64,000 bases of DNA from an uncultured Acidimicrobiia bacterium (GTDB taxonomy: Bacteria > Actinomycetota > Acidimicrobiia > Acidimicrobiales > AC-14). The translations under genes were made by a program, and so were the position numbers. This document shows positions 1 through 8,896 of the stretch, in pieces. The stretch covers positions 128,001-192,000 of the forward strand of contig CAWIIV010000014.1 of NCBI GenBank assembly GCA_963836205.1. The letters run 5' to 3'. Position 1 is the stretch's first letter; each line of letters starts with the position of its first letter. Under the pieces are notes generated by a model. The model worked only from the letters and a program-made list of their open reading frames with translations, was not told the origin of the DNA and searched no databases.

Positions 1-980
1 AGGGCGGGGAGGAGGCGCTGGGCGCCCGGGCCCACGCCGAAGTGCCCCACCCGGGCCTCGCCCAGCTCCTCGAGGGCGAGGACGACCGCGGCCTGGCCCA
101 TCGGCGACTCCAGGTTGTCGACGGTGGACACCTTGCCGTTGGCGGTGGCGTCGCCCCGCAGCAGGCCGACGAACACGCCCCGGCCGCCGTCGGTGTCCTG
201 GCCCGCCTCGGCCGCCACCGCCCGCCCGTCACCGGTGGCCAGGGCCCGGGCCAGGGGGAGGGCGAGGATGTCGTCGCCGACCTCGGCGCCGGCGCCGGAC
301 ACGACCACGAACCGGGTGCCGGCGATCGGAACCACCCCCAGGGCGGGGGGTGCGCCGGTGATCTCGGGCGGCGGCTCGTAGGACAGGAACCCGGCCGACA
401 CCATGGCCGCCAACGTCGCCGGCTCGGCGATGAGCCTGGCCAAGGCCTGCTGGCGCACCTGGTCGGCGGTAGCGACGGTGGCGACGGCCGTGGTCGTGGG
501 TGTCGGCGCCGATCCTCCGGATGCCCCGGCGTCGGGTGCCACCGTGGTGGTGGGCACGGCGCCGGTGAGGGCGGTCGTGAGGGCCCGGATCTCCCCGTCG
601 TTGTCGAGGCGCATCTTGGACGTCACCCACACCGTTCCCTGGAGAGACGCCCCCGACGTGACGAGGGACTGGCGGAGGGCATCGACCGGCTTGCGGTCGA
701 TGCCGGTGACCGCGATCACGAGCACGGGCACGCCCGGGAGCTGGTCGCGCACGACGTGGGTGAGGGCCTGGTCGGCGAAGTCCTGTCCCTCCCGGACCTG
801 GTCGGACAGCCGGCGGTTCTCCTCCCGGGTCCGGTTCACGTCCGACCGCACGTTGTTGAGGTTGTTGTTGAGGGCGTCGACGGTGACCCGGTCGATCACC
901 GTCGACCCCATCACGATTCCCATCCCCAAGGCGAGGAACACGGCCACCAGGGAGACGACGTGGTACCGAAGGTTGATCAC
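1..980 (-). CDS. MctB/DUF3186-like 'copper transporter' (SteB-like) membrane protein, runs off window edge
   Basis: Manual translation from GTG at 980 gives MINLRYHVVSLVAVFLALGMGIVMG... and a C-terminal VSTVDNLESPMGQ motif; GTGA overlap with the steA stop; typical steA-mctB order. Confidence 0.8.
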   Translation of the reverse strand, partial: MINLRYHVVSLVAVFLALGMGIVMGSTVIDRVTVDALNNNLNNVRSDVNRTREENRRLSDQVREGQDFADQALTHVVRDQLPGVPVLVIAVTGIDRKPVDALRQSLVTSGASLQGTVWVTSKMRLDNDGEIRALTTALTGAVPTTTVAPDAGASGGSAPTPTTTAVATVATADQVRQQALARLIAEPATLAAMVSAGFLSYEPPPEITGAPPALGVVPIAGTRFVVVSGAGAEVGDDILALPLARALATGDGRAVAAEAGQDTDGGRGVFVGLLRGDATANGKVSTVDNLESPMGQAAVVLALEELGEARVGHFGVGPGAQRLLPA

Positions 981-2236
981 AGGAGGGCGCGCCAGGTCTC
1001 TTCGAGGCTGAACCACAAGGCCCGGATGAAGACGTGCAGGGGTTGGGCCACGGCCACCATCACGAGCATGGCGAACAGGGCCGCCGCCACCAGGAAGCCC
1101 AGGTCGCGGGTGCGGACCCGGCTCTGGTACAGCCGGCTCACGCCCTTGGCGTCGACGAGGATGGGTCCCACCTTCAGCCGCACGAGGAAGGTCGAGGCCA
1201 TCCCCGCCCGGCCCTTGTCGAAGAACTCGACCATCGAGGCGTGGGTGCCGACGGCCACGATCAGCTCGGCCCGCTTCTCGTAGGCCAGCAGCATGGCCAC
1301 GTCCTCGGAGGTGCCGGCGGCCTCGAAGGTGGCGTAGGGCAGCCCCAGCTCGTCGAGGCGGGCGGCCCCCGGGGCGTGTCCGCCCCGGAAGGCGTGCACC
1401 ACCAGCTCGGCCTCGCCCCGGAGGGCGTCGGTGGACACCGAGTCGAAGTCGCCGATGATGACGTCGGGCCGGTGCCCGGCCTCGATCACCGCGTCGGCCC
1501 CGCCGTCGACGGCGATGACGACGGGCCGGATCTCGTGGATGTAGGCCCGCAGGGCTTGCAGGTCGGCCCTGGAATCCGACCCGCCCCGCACCACCACCAG
1601 GACGTGACGGCCGGCCATGTCGATCTTGAGGTCGGGCAGGACGGGCGTCTCGGTGAGGAGGTGCCGCTCCTGGCGCAGGTACTCGAGGGTGTTCTCGGCG
1701 AAGGCCTGCAGCTCGACGTCGATCGACTGCTTGGCCACCTCGATCTGGGCCTCGAGCGACTCCAGGCTGTGGCGGGTGCCGGTGGCGACCACCTCTCCGT
1801 CGCGGGACACGGCGCCGCCCTCGATCCGCAGGACGTCGCCCTCCGCGATCCGGTCCATCACCTGGCTGCCGATCTCGTCGACCAGGGGAATGCCGGCCGC
1901 GGCCAGCAGCAGGGGCCCGAGGTTGGGATAGCGGCCGGAGATCGACCGAGAGGCGTTGACCACCGCCGCCGCCTGGGCCCGGATGAGCCCCTCGGCCGCC
2001 ACCCGATCGAGGTCCTCGTGGTCGATGACGGCCACCTCGCCCGGGAGCAGGCGGGGGATGAGGTTCTTGGTGCGGCGGTCGACCCGGGCCCGGCCGACGG
2101 CCACGCCCGTCTGCTCGGGGGCGGCCGGCCCCCCGGGTTGGCCGTTGCCGTTGGCCCGCGACCACACCTGGCGCAGCCGGGGCGCCAGCCGCGACCGCTC
2201 CCGGTCGGCAGTCGGGTCGGTGGTGGGACGGGCCAT
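977..2236 (-). CDS. steA: SteA-like cytokinetic ring protein (thiamine pyrophosphokinase-like domain)
   Basis: C-terminal part of the 957-aa ORF: RVDRRTKNL, DGGADA, GMASTFLVRLKVG..LVDAKGVSRLY motifs and a C-terminal TM; ATG at 2236. Confidence 0.8.
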   Translation of the reverse strand: MARPTTDPTADRERSRLAPRLRQVWSRANGNGQPGGPAAPEQTGVAVGRARVDRRTKNLIPRLLPGEVAVIDHEDLDRVAAEGLIRAQAAAVVNASRSISGRYPNLGPLLLAAAGIPLVDEIGSQVMDRIAEGDVLRIEGGAVSRDGEVVATGTRHSLESLEAQIEVAKQSIDVELQAFAENTLEYLRQERHLLTETPVLPDLKIDMAGRHVLVVVRGGSDSRADLQALRAYIHEIRPVVIAVDGGADAVIEAGHRPDVIIGDFDSVSTDALRGEAELVVHAFRGGHAPGAARLDELGLPYATFEAAGTSEDVAMLLAYEKRAELIVAVGTHASMVEFFDKGRAGMASTFLVRLKVGPILVDAKGVSRLYQSRVRTRDLGFLVAAALFAMLVMVAVAQPLHVFIRALWFSLEETWRALL

Positions 2237-3850
2237 CAGCGTCCCCGCGCGGGACGCGGCGGCCAGCAGTTCCTCGGCGTGGTCGTGGGCGGTGGCGCTC
2301 GACGGCTGACCCGACAGCATGCGCGACAGCTCCACCACCCGCTGGCGGTCGCCGAGGGGACGCACGTCGGCCACCGTCCGCCCGTCCCGCTCGTCCTTGG
2401 TGACCGCGACCTGGTGGTCGGCGAAGGCGGCCACCTGGGCCAGGTGGGTGACGACCACGACCTGGTGCCCGGTGCCGTAGTGACCCGCCCCCGGACCGGC
2501 CAGCTCGGCGAGAGCCCGGCCCACGGCCAAGGCGGCCTGGCCCCCGACGCCGGCGTCGACCTCGTCGAAGACCAGGGTGGGCGGGGCGTCGCTCAGCACC
2601 AGCCGGCAGGCGAGCATGGTGCGGGCCAGCTCGCCACCGGAGGCGACCTTGGCCAGGGGCAGGGCGTCCTCCCCCGGGTTCGCCCCCAGGAGGAAGCTCA
2701 CCGAGCCGCCCGCGGGGTCGTCGTCGGCCACGGACACCTCGAACCGAGCCCGGGGCAGGGCCAGCTCCCTCAGGTGGCGCTCGACCGCGGCCGCCAGCCG
2801 GGGCGCCGCCGCTCGGCGGGCCCGACCCACGGCCGCGGCGGCATCTTCGACGGCGGCCACGGCCACGATCCGCTCCTTCTCCAACTCCTTCACCCGCTCG
2901 TCGTGGGAGTGGAGCTCGGCCAACCGGTTTCGAGCGTCGGCCCCGTACTCCAAGACGTCGGACAACCGCTCACCGTACTTGCGGCAGAGCTCGCTCAGCA
3001 GTCGCCTCCGGCCCCGGACCTGATCGAGCCGCTCCGGATCCTCGGCGATGGCGTCGGCCGTCCGGCGGGCGTCGGCCGCGGCCTCGTCCAACTCGGCCGC
3101 CACCGAGCGCAGCCGGGACTCGATCTCGGCGAACGGCCGCCGCCCGGCGACGGCCTCGATCGCCACCGCCACCGCGTCGGCGGCACCGCCGTCGTCGCGC
3201 AGGGCGGCGTGAGCGGCCGTCCCCGCCTGACGGTGGGCGGCGGCCGCAGCCAACAGCTCCTCCTCCACCTCCAAGGACTCGTCCTCACCCGGATCGGTGA
3301 TCCCGGCCGCGTCGAGCTCGCCCACCTGGAAGGCCAGCAGGTCGATCTCCCTGGCTCGCGACCGGGCGTCGCCCCCGAGCGCGCCGAGTGCGTCGTCGAG
3401 CTCCTTCACCCGAGCCCGGGCCGCGGCCAGGGGCTCGAGGTCGACCGCGCCGAAGCGGTCGAGGGCGGCCCGCTGCACCCGTCCCCCGAGCAGGGACTGG
3501 TGGGCGTGCTGGCCGTGGAGGTCGACCATCCGGGCGCCGATCTCGGCCAGCTCGGCCACCGTGGCCAGCCGCCCGTCGACGTAGGCCCGCGACCGCCCAC
3601 GGCGGGGCACGACCCGGGCCAGCACCACCTCGTCGTCGCCGATCACGAACCGTCCCTCGACCCGGGCCTCGTCGGCCCCCGGGCGCACCAGGACGGGGTC
3701 GGCCCGCTCGCCGACCAGCAGCTCGATGGCCTCCACCACCAGCGTCTTGCCGGCACCGGTCTCGCCGGTGAGGGCGGTCATTCCCGGTTCGAGGACGAGG
3801 GTGAGGTCGGCGATCACCCCCAGGTCGCGCACGTGCAGCTCGGCCAGCAT
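2236..3850 (-). CDS. recN: DNA repair protein RecN (reads in frame into steA in this assembly)
   Basis: MLAELHVRDLGVI, Walker A GETGAGKT, ASGGELAR signature, Walker B LVFDEVDAG, VTHLAQVA. Confidence 0.95.
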
Positions 3851-4716
3851 CAGCGGTCGGCCACCCGCAGCTTGGCCCGGAGGACGCCGTAGAAGTCCCG
3901 CGATCCGAAGGTGACGAAGCGGGCGGGCCGGGCCGCAGGGCGGCAGACGATGGCGTCACCCCGACGCAGCATCCCGTGCTCGCGGCCGTCGACGGTGAGG
4001 GCGGCGGGACGGTCGTCGGCCACCTCCACCCGTACCGGCTCGTCGCCGGCCACCACCAGGCTGCGGTCGAGGGCCAGGTGGGGGAACACCGGGGTGACGA
4101 CCATGGCCCGCAGCCGGGGCGACACGATCGGCCCCCGGGCGGAGAACGAGTAGGCGGTTGATCCCGTGGGCGTGGCCACGATGAGGCCGTCGCCGGCGTA
4201 GGTGACCCACGGCTGGCCGCCGATGGTGGTCGAAAGGTGGACGGTGTTGCCCGGCCGCGGCTTCTCCACGACGGCGTCGTTGAGGGCGAGGATCTCGGCG
4301 CTGGCGGCGGCGGAGCCGGACGCCGCCCGCCGGACCTCGACCGCCAGCATCATGCGCTCTTCGATGGTGTAGTCGCCGGCCAGGAAGCGCTCGAGGGCGG
4401 TCAGAAGCTCGTCCGGCTCGACCTGGGCCAGGTAGCCGAGGTGACCGAGGTTGACGCCGAGGACGGGCGTGCCCGGCCCTGCCGCCAGCCGCACGGCACG
4501 GAGGACGGTGCCGTCGCCGCCGAGGGCGACGATCACGTCGGCCGGGTCGGCCAGGTCGTTGGCGCCGGCACCGAGCTCGGCCATACCCAGGTGGGCGGCG
4601 TCGTCCTCCGGCATGTTCACCGCGTGGCCCCGCTCGGCCAGCCAGGCCGACGCCTTGCGGGCGTACTCGCCGGCGTGGGGGCGGCGGGGGTGGACGACGA
4701 GGACGACGGTGGCCAT
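3850..4716 (-). CDS. nadK: NAD kinase
   Basis: GGDGT, NLGHLGYL and ATPTGSTAYS motifs; lies between tlyA and recN. Confidence 0.95.
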   Translation of the reverse strand: MATVVLVVHPRRPHAGEYARKASAWLAERGHAVNMPEDDAAHLGMAELGAGANDLADPADVIVALGGDGTVLRAVRLAAGPGTPVLGVNLGHLGYLAQVEPDELLTALERFLAGDYTIEERMMLAVEVRRAASGSAAASAEILALNDAVVEKPRPGNTVHLSTTIGGQPWVTYAGDGLIVATPTGSTAYSFSARGPIVSPRLRAMVVTPVFPHLALDRSLVVAGDEPVRVEVADDRPAALTVDGREHGMLRRGDAIVCRPAARPARFVTFGSRDFYGVLRAKLRVADR

Positions 4717-5553
4717 TCAGTCCGCCCCTGGCTCGGCCGCCCGGACCGCCTCGGCCACGGTGTTCTCGACGAGGTCGGCCAGGAGGGCGGGTGCGAGGCC
4801 CGGGTGGCCCGGGTGGCCCGGGTGGCCCGGGTGGCCCGGGTGGCCGACGCCGAGGTGGGCGAGGAACTCGACGTTGCCGTCGGCTCCCCGGAGGGGCGAG
4901 ACCATCAGGCCCCGGAGACCGGCATCGGCCGCGCCGTACGTGGCCACGACCTCGGCGACGACCCGTGACCACACGTCGGGGTCGCGGATCACGCCCCGGT
5001 TGCGGCTGGCTTCGGCCCGTCCCGCCTCGAACTGGGGTTTGATCAGCACGACCAGGTCGGCCCCGGGCGCGGCCAGCCCGAGCAGGGCGGGAGCGACCGT
5101 GCGCAGGGAGATGAAGGACAGGTCGGCCACGATCAGGGGGAAGGGCTCCGCCTGGAGGCGGTCGGGCGTGAGGTCGCGGATGTTGGTGCGCTCGACGACC
5201 GTCACCCGGGGGTCCTGGCGCAGGCGAAGGTCGAGCTGGCCGTAGCCGACGTCGACCGCCACCACCGACGCCGCCCCCCGCTGGAGGAGGCAGTCGGTGA
5301 AGCCACCGGTCGACGACCCCGCGTCGAGGGCCCGCCGCCCCTCGACGACGACGTCGAAGCGGTCGAGGGCGGCGTCGAGCTTGTCGCCGCCCCGGCCCAC
5401 GAACCGGGCCGGGGGACCCTCGATCTCCAGACGGTCGTCGGGCGCGACCATCCGGGCCGGCTTGTCGGCGGGGACGCCGCCCACCCGCACCCGGCCGGCC
5501 TCGATGTCGTGGCGCGCCCGATGACGGGTAGGCGCCAGGCCACGCCTGACCAT
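4717..5553 (-). CDS. tlyA: TlyA family rRNA 2'-O-methyltransferase (true start may be ~30 nt upstream)
   Basis: S4-like N-terminus, DAGSSTGGFTD, DLSFISL and KPQFEAG motifs. Confidence 0.95.
   Translation of the reverse strand: MVRRGLAPTRHRARHDIEAGRVRVGGVPADKPARMVAPDDRLEIEGPPARFVGRGGDKLDAALDRFDVVVEGRRALDAGSSTGGFTDCLLQRGAASVVAVDVGYGQLDLRLRQDPRVTVVERTNIRDLTPDRLQAEPFPLIVADLSFISLRTVAPALLGLAAPGADLVVLIKPQFEAGRAEASRNRGVIRDPDVWSRVVAEVVATYGAADAGLRGLMVSPLRGADGNVEFLAHLGVGHPGHPGHPGHPGHPGLAPALLADLVENTVAEAVRAAEPGAD
4797..4845. repeat. 9-bp tandem repeat (GGCCCGGGT)x5 encoding (GHP)5 in the TlyA C-terminus
   Basis: Read directly from the sequence. Confidence 0.9.
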
Positions 5554-5582
5554 CTCGGCATCCAGCCGCCGGCGCAGCGAGC

Positions 5583-6283
5583 TCAGGCCTTCTCGGGGGC
5601 GGACGGCCCGGACGGCCCCGCGGCTCGGCCCTTCCGCGGCGTCGCCCTCCCGGCGGCCGGCTTGAAGGCCGGCTCAGCCGCGTCGACTGCCGGCGCGGCG
5701 GCCCTCGCCGCCGGCGTGGCCGGCATGGCAGTGTTGGCGGCTGGGGCCGGCCCGCGCCTCTTGGCGGACGGCGTGGCGGTCTTGGCGGCCGGCGGGACCG
5801 GCGTGGCGGTCTTGGCGGCGGACGGCTCGGCGCGTCGACACGCGGCTTGGGGGTCTTGGCGCCTGGCTTGGGGGTCTTGGCAGCCGGGTTGGGGGTAGTC
5901 GCGGCCGGCTTGCCGAGCCTTGCGGTCTTGGCGGTCGGGGCCGGGGGGCGGGCGGGCGGCTCCGGTCTTGGCTCGGCGGGCGACTTCGGGTTTGCGGGGC
6001 GAACGGCGTCGAGCTTGGCCTCCATGCGGGCGATGTCGTCCTTGGTAGCCAGACCCAGGGCGGCCACCTGCTCCCGGATCTCCGACCGGACCAGGTCACG
6101 CAGCTCCTCCGAGCCCTGACGGCTGCGCTCGACGATCCGCTCGAACGCCTTCTGCGCCTGGCCCACCGCCGTCTCCCCCGAGTCGGCCAGATCGCGCAGG
6201 ATTCCCTCCGCCTTCTGTTGCGTCACCGAGAACCAGGCCATCCCCGCCTCCACGTAGCGGCGGAACCCTTCATCCTCAGACAT
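5583..6283 (-). CDS. Phasin-like protein with Ala/Lys/Pro-rich tail (apparent frameshift ~5835)
   Basis: Helical N-terminus ending LGLATKDDIARMEAKLD, then AKTP/AAKTAT repeats. The tail continues in another frame to TGA at 5583-5585. Confidence 0.55.
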
Positions 6284-6333
6284 GGGTCGAGGGTACCAAT
6301 CGACCCTCCAGCCGAGCGTAAGCTCGGCCAGGC

Positions 6334-7092
6334 GTGATCCCGCTCAAGGACTACAACCCGACACGCAGGTTCCCGGCGGTGACGGTGCTGCTGATCGCCA
6401 TCAACGTCGGCGTCTACTTCCTGGTGCAGCAGCCCAACGAATCGCGCGACGGCGAGGCCGAGTTCACGTACTCCCATGCCGCCATCCCCTGCGAAGTGGT
6501 CGAGGGTGAGCCCCTCTCGGAGGAGGAGGTTCGTCGCACCCTGGCCCTGAACGACACCGAGTCCTGCATCCACAACGACTCGACCCCTCAGGTGTTCCCC
6601 AACAAGAGCGTCTACCTGGCCCTTCTCTACTCGATGTTCCTGCACGGCAGCCTGCTGCACATCGGCGGGAACATGCTCTTCCTCTGGATCTTCGGCAACA
6701 ACATCGAGGACCGGATGGGTGTCGGCGGCTACCTCGCGTTCTACGTGGTGTCGGGCCTGGTGGCGAGTGCGGCCCACATCGCGGTCCAGCCCAACAGCAC
6801 CATCCCCGTGATCGGGGCGTCGGGGGCCGTGGCCGGGGTGATGGGCGCCTATCTGGTGCTCTTCCCGCACGTGCGCATCCGGACCCTGTTCCTCTTCCTC
6901 CTCGTCCTCATCCGCGACATCCAGGCCAAGTGGCTGCTCGGCTTCTGGTTCGTGCTCCAGTTCTTCACCAATCCATCGGCGGGGGTGGCGTGGGTGGCCC
7001 ACGTCGGTGGCTTCGCCTTCGGCGCGCTGGTCGCGCTCTTGCTCCGCAACCGCCTGCGGCCAGCCACCGTCGACCCCACGCCGGCGTACTGA
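6334..7092 (+). CDS. Rhomboid family intramembrane serine protease
   Basis: MFLHGSLLHIGGNMLFLWIFG, GASGA (catalytic Ser) and AHVGG (catalytic His). Confidence 0.95.
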   Translation: MIPLKDYNPTRRFPAVTVLLIAINVGVYFLVQQPNESRDGEAEFTYSHAAIPCEVVEGEPLSEEEVRRTLALNDTESCIHNDSTPQVFPNKSVYLALLYSMFLHGSLLHIGGNMLFLWIFGNNIEDRMGVGGYLAFYVVSGLVASAAHIAVQPNSTIPVIGASGAVAGVMGAYLVLFPHVRIRTLFLFLLVLIRDIQAKWLLGFWFVLQFFTNPSAGVAWVAHVGGFAFGALVALLLRNRLRPATVDPTPAY

Positions 7093-7094
7093 CG

Positions 7095-8306
7095 ATGGCC
7101 CTGTTCCAGCCCTTCCCCGGCATCCGCTACGACCCCGACCGGGTCGAGCTGGCCGACGTGCTCGCCCCCCCGTACGACGTGGTCGACGACGAGGCCCGGG
7201 CCCGATTGGAGGCCCGCAGCCCTTATAACGCGGTATCGGTGGAGTTGGGCCGGGTCGGCGCCGACGACGATCGCTACGACCGGGCCACCCGGCACTTCGA
7301 CGACTGGCTGGCCGAGGGAATCCTCGTCGTCGACGAGGAGCCGAGCTTCTACGTCTACCGGATGGGGTGGCACGACGAGTCGGGCCAGGCCCACCAGACC
7401 ACCGGCATCCTGGGCGCGCTCGAGCTGTCGCTGCCCGAGGAGGGTCGGGTGCTCCCCCACGAGCGGACCATGGGCAAGCCCAAGGGCGACCGCCTCCGCC
7501 TCTTACGGGCGTGCCGGGCCAACCTGTCGCCGGTGTGGGGCCTGTCGCTGGCCGAGGGACTCTCCGATCTCTGTGTGGTGGCGGGTCCGCCGGTAGGGCG
7601 GGCAACCGACGAGGACGGAGTGCACCACCGGCTCTGGCGCGTCACCCAGCCCGGCGTGGTGGCGGCCATCGCCGAGGCGGTGGGTTCGGCGCCGGTGGTG
7701 ATCGCCGACGGCCACCATCGGTACGAGACCGCTCTCGCCTACCGGGACGAACGGCGGGCCGCGACCGGCAAGGCCAGTGGCGACTTCGACATGCTTCTGG
7801 CCCTGGTGGTGGAGCTGAGCGAGGATCAGCTGCAGGTACAGCCGATCCACCGGCTGATCTCCGGCCTGCCCGACAACTTCGATCTCGTGGGTGCCCTGGC
7901 CCGGTTCTTCGAGGTGCAGGACCTGGTCGACCCGCCCCCCGCCGGCGCCGCCGCGTGGCTCACCACGCGGATGGACACCGACGGCGCCCTCGCGCTGGTC
8001 GTGGGCGAACGGGCCTGGCTGCTGCGACCCCGCGGCCACGAGAACAGCGCCGACGAACCCGACGCCACCATGCTCGACGCCGCCCTCTCCGCCCTGCCCG
8101 ACCACATCCTCGACTTCCACCAGTCGGCCGCCCTCGTCGTCGAGCTGGTGCGCTCCGGCAAGACCCAGGCGGCCGTGTTCGTGCGCCCGGTGGCAGTGCG
8201 CCAGATCGCGGCCGCGGCCCGGGCCGGCCATCGGATGCCGGCCAAGACGACGTTCTTCGCCCCCAAGCCTCGCACCGGCCTGGTGTTTCGCCGCCTCCAC
8301 GACTGA
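7095..8306 (+). CDS. DUF1015 family protein
   Basis: MALFQPFPGIRY, PPYDV, VLPHERT, IADGHHRYETAL and MPAKTTFFAPKPRTGL motifs. Confidence 0.9.
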   Translation: MALFQPFPGIRYDPDRVELADVLAPPYDVVDDEARARLEARSPYNAVSVELGRVGADDDRYDRATRHFDDWLAEGILVVDEEPSFYVYRMGWHDESGQAHQTTGILGALELSLPEEGRVLPHERTMGKPKGDRLRLLRACRANLSPVWGLSLAEGLSDLCVVAGPPVGRATDEDGVHHRLWRVTQPGVVAAIAEAVGSAPVVIADGHHRYETALAYRDERRAATGKASGDFDMLLALVVELSEDQLQVQPIHRLISGLPDNFDLVGALARFFEVQDLVDPPPAGAAAWLTTRMDTDGALALVVGERAWLLRPRGHENSADEPDATMLDAALSALPDHILDFHQSAALVVELVRSGKTQAAVFVRPVAVRQIAAAARAGHRMPAKTTFFAPKPRTGLVFRRLHD

Positions 8307-8340
8307 TTCCGCCGTCGCCCGACCCGGGGGCGCCTGCCCC

Positions 8341-8700
8341 TCACGTGCACGCCGCGTCCAGCCGGGCCTGGGCCGCCTCCAGCGCCGATCGGGCCCGCTT
8401 GGCCTGGCGGGCGGCGACCACGATGTCGGCCACCACCTCGGTGCGGCTCTGGGTAGCGCCCCCGGTTCGGAAGAAGCGCCGTCGGACCCGGCCGACCACC
8501 ACCACCTGCTCGTCGACCGGCAGCTCGGCCGCCCGAGCGGGCGCATCGAACCACACCACCGGCACGCTCTCCGCCCGCTCCCCCGGGCGGGGAACCGTCA
8601 CCTCGTAGGTGACCATCCGGTCGCCCGACGGGAGCTCGCGCACCTCGGCCGGCCGGGCCAGATGCCCCACCAGCGCCACCACGTTCGTCATCGCCATCAC
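8341..8700 (-). CDS. Single-stranded DNA-binding protein paralog (SsbB-like, no acidic tail)
   Basis: OB-fold pattern NVVALVGHL..EVRELPSG..VVVGRVRRRFF..TEVVAD. Confidence 0.8.
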   Translation of the reverse strand: MMAMTNVVALVGHLARPAEVRELPSGDRMVTYEVTVPRPGERAESVPVVWFDAPARAAELPVDEQVVVVGRVRRRFFRTGGATQSRTEVVADIVVAARQAKRARSALEAAQARLDAACT

Positions 8701-8896
8701 CCCTGTTGTCGTGGCCGCGAAGGCCCGGAGACGAGGGGGAAGCGTCTGCCGACAAGGCTATCGGGAGGCTGAGACACCTCGGTCCGCTCGAAGGTCCGGC
8801 CATCTCTGTGGACGGCCTTCGTCGTCGGATCGGTTCCTTCGGTTCGGCTCACGGTGCGACCGGAGCGGCCACCACTCGACAGCGGCGCCGGCCGGG

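Noticed and set aside
1034-3892. Long antisense and alternate-frame ORFs (e.g. 952 aa here, 48716-51202, 53487-55616, 28716-30650)
   Set aside because: Shadow ORFs expected in very high-GC DNA, lying opposite well-supported genes and lacking motifs.
3956-6283. 775-aa ORF spanning tlyA and nadK
   Set aside because: Only the first ~150 aa look real; the rest is read-through after a probable frameshift.
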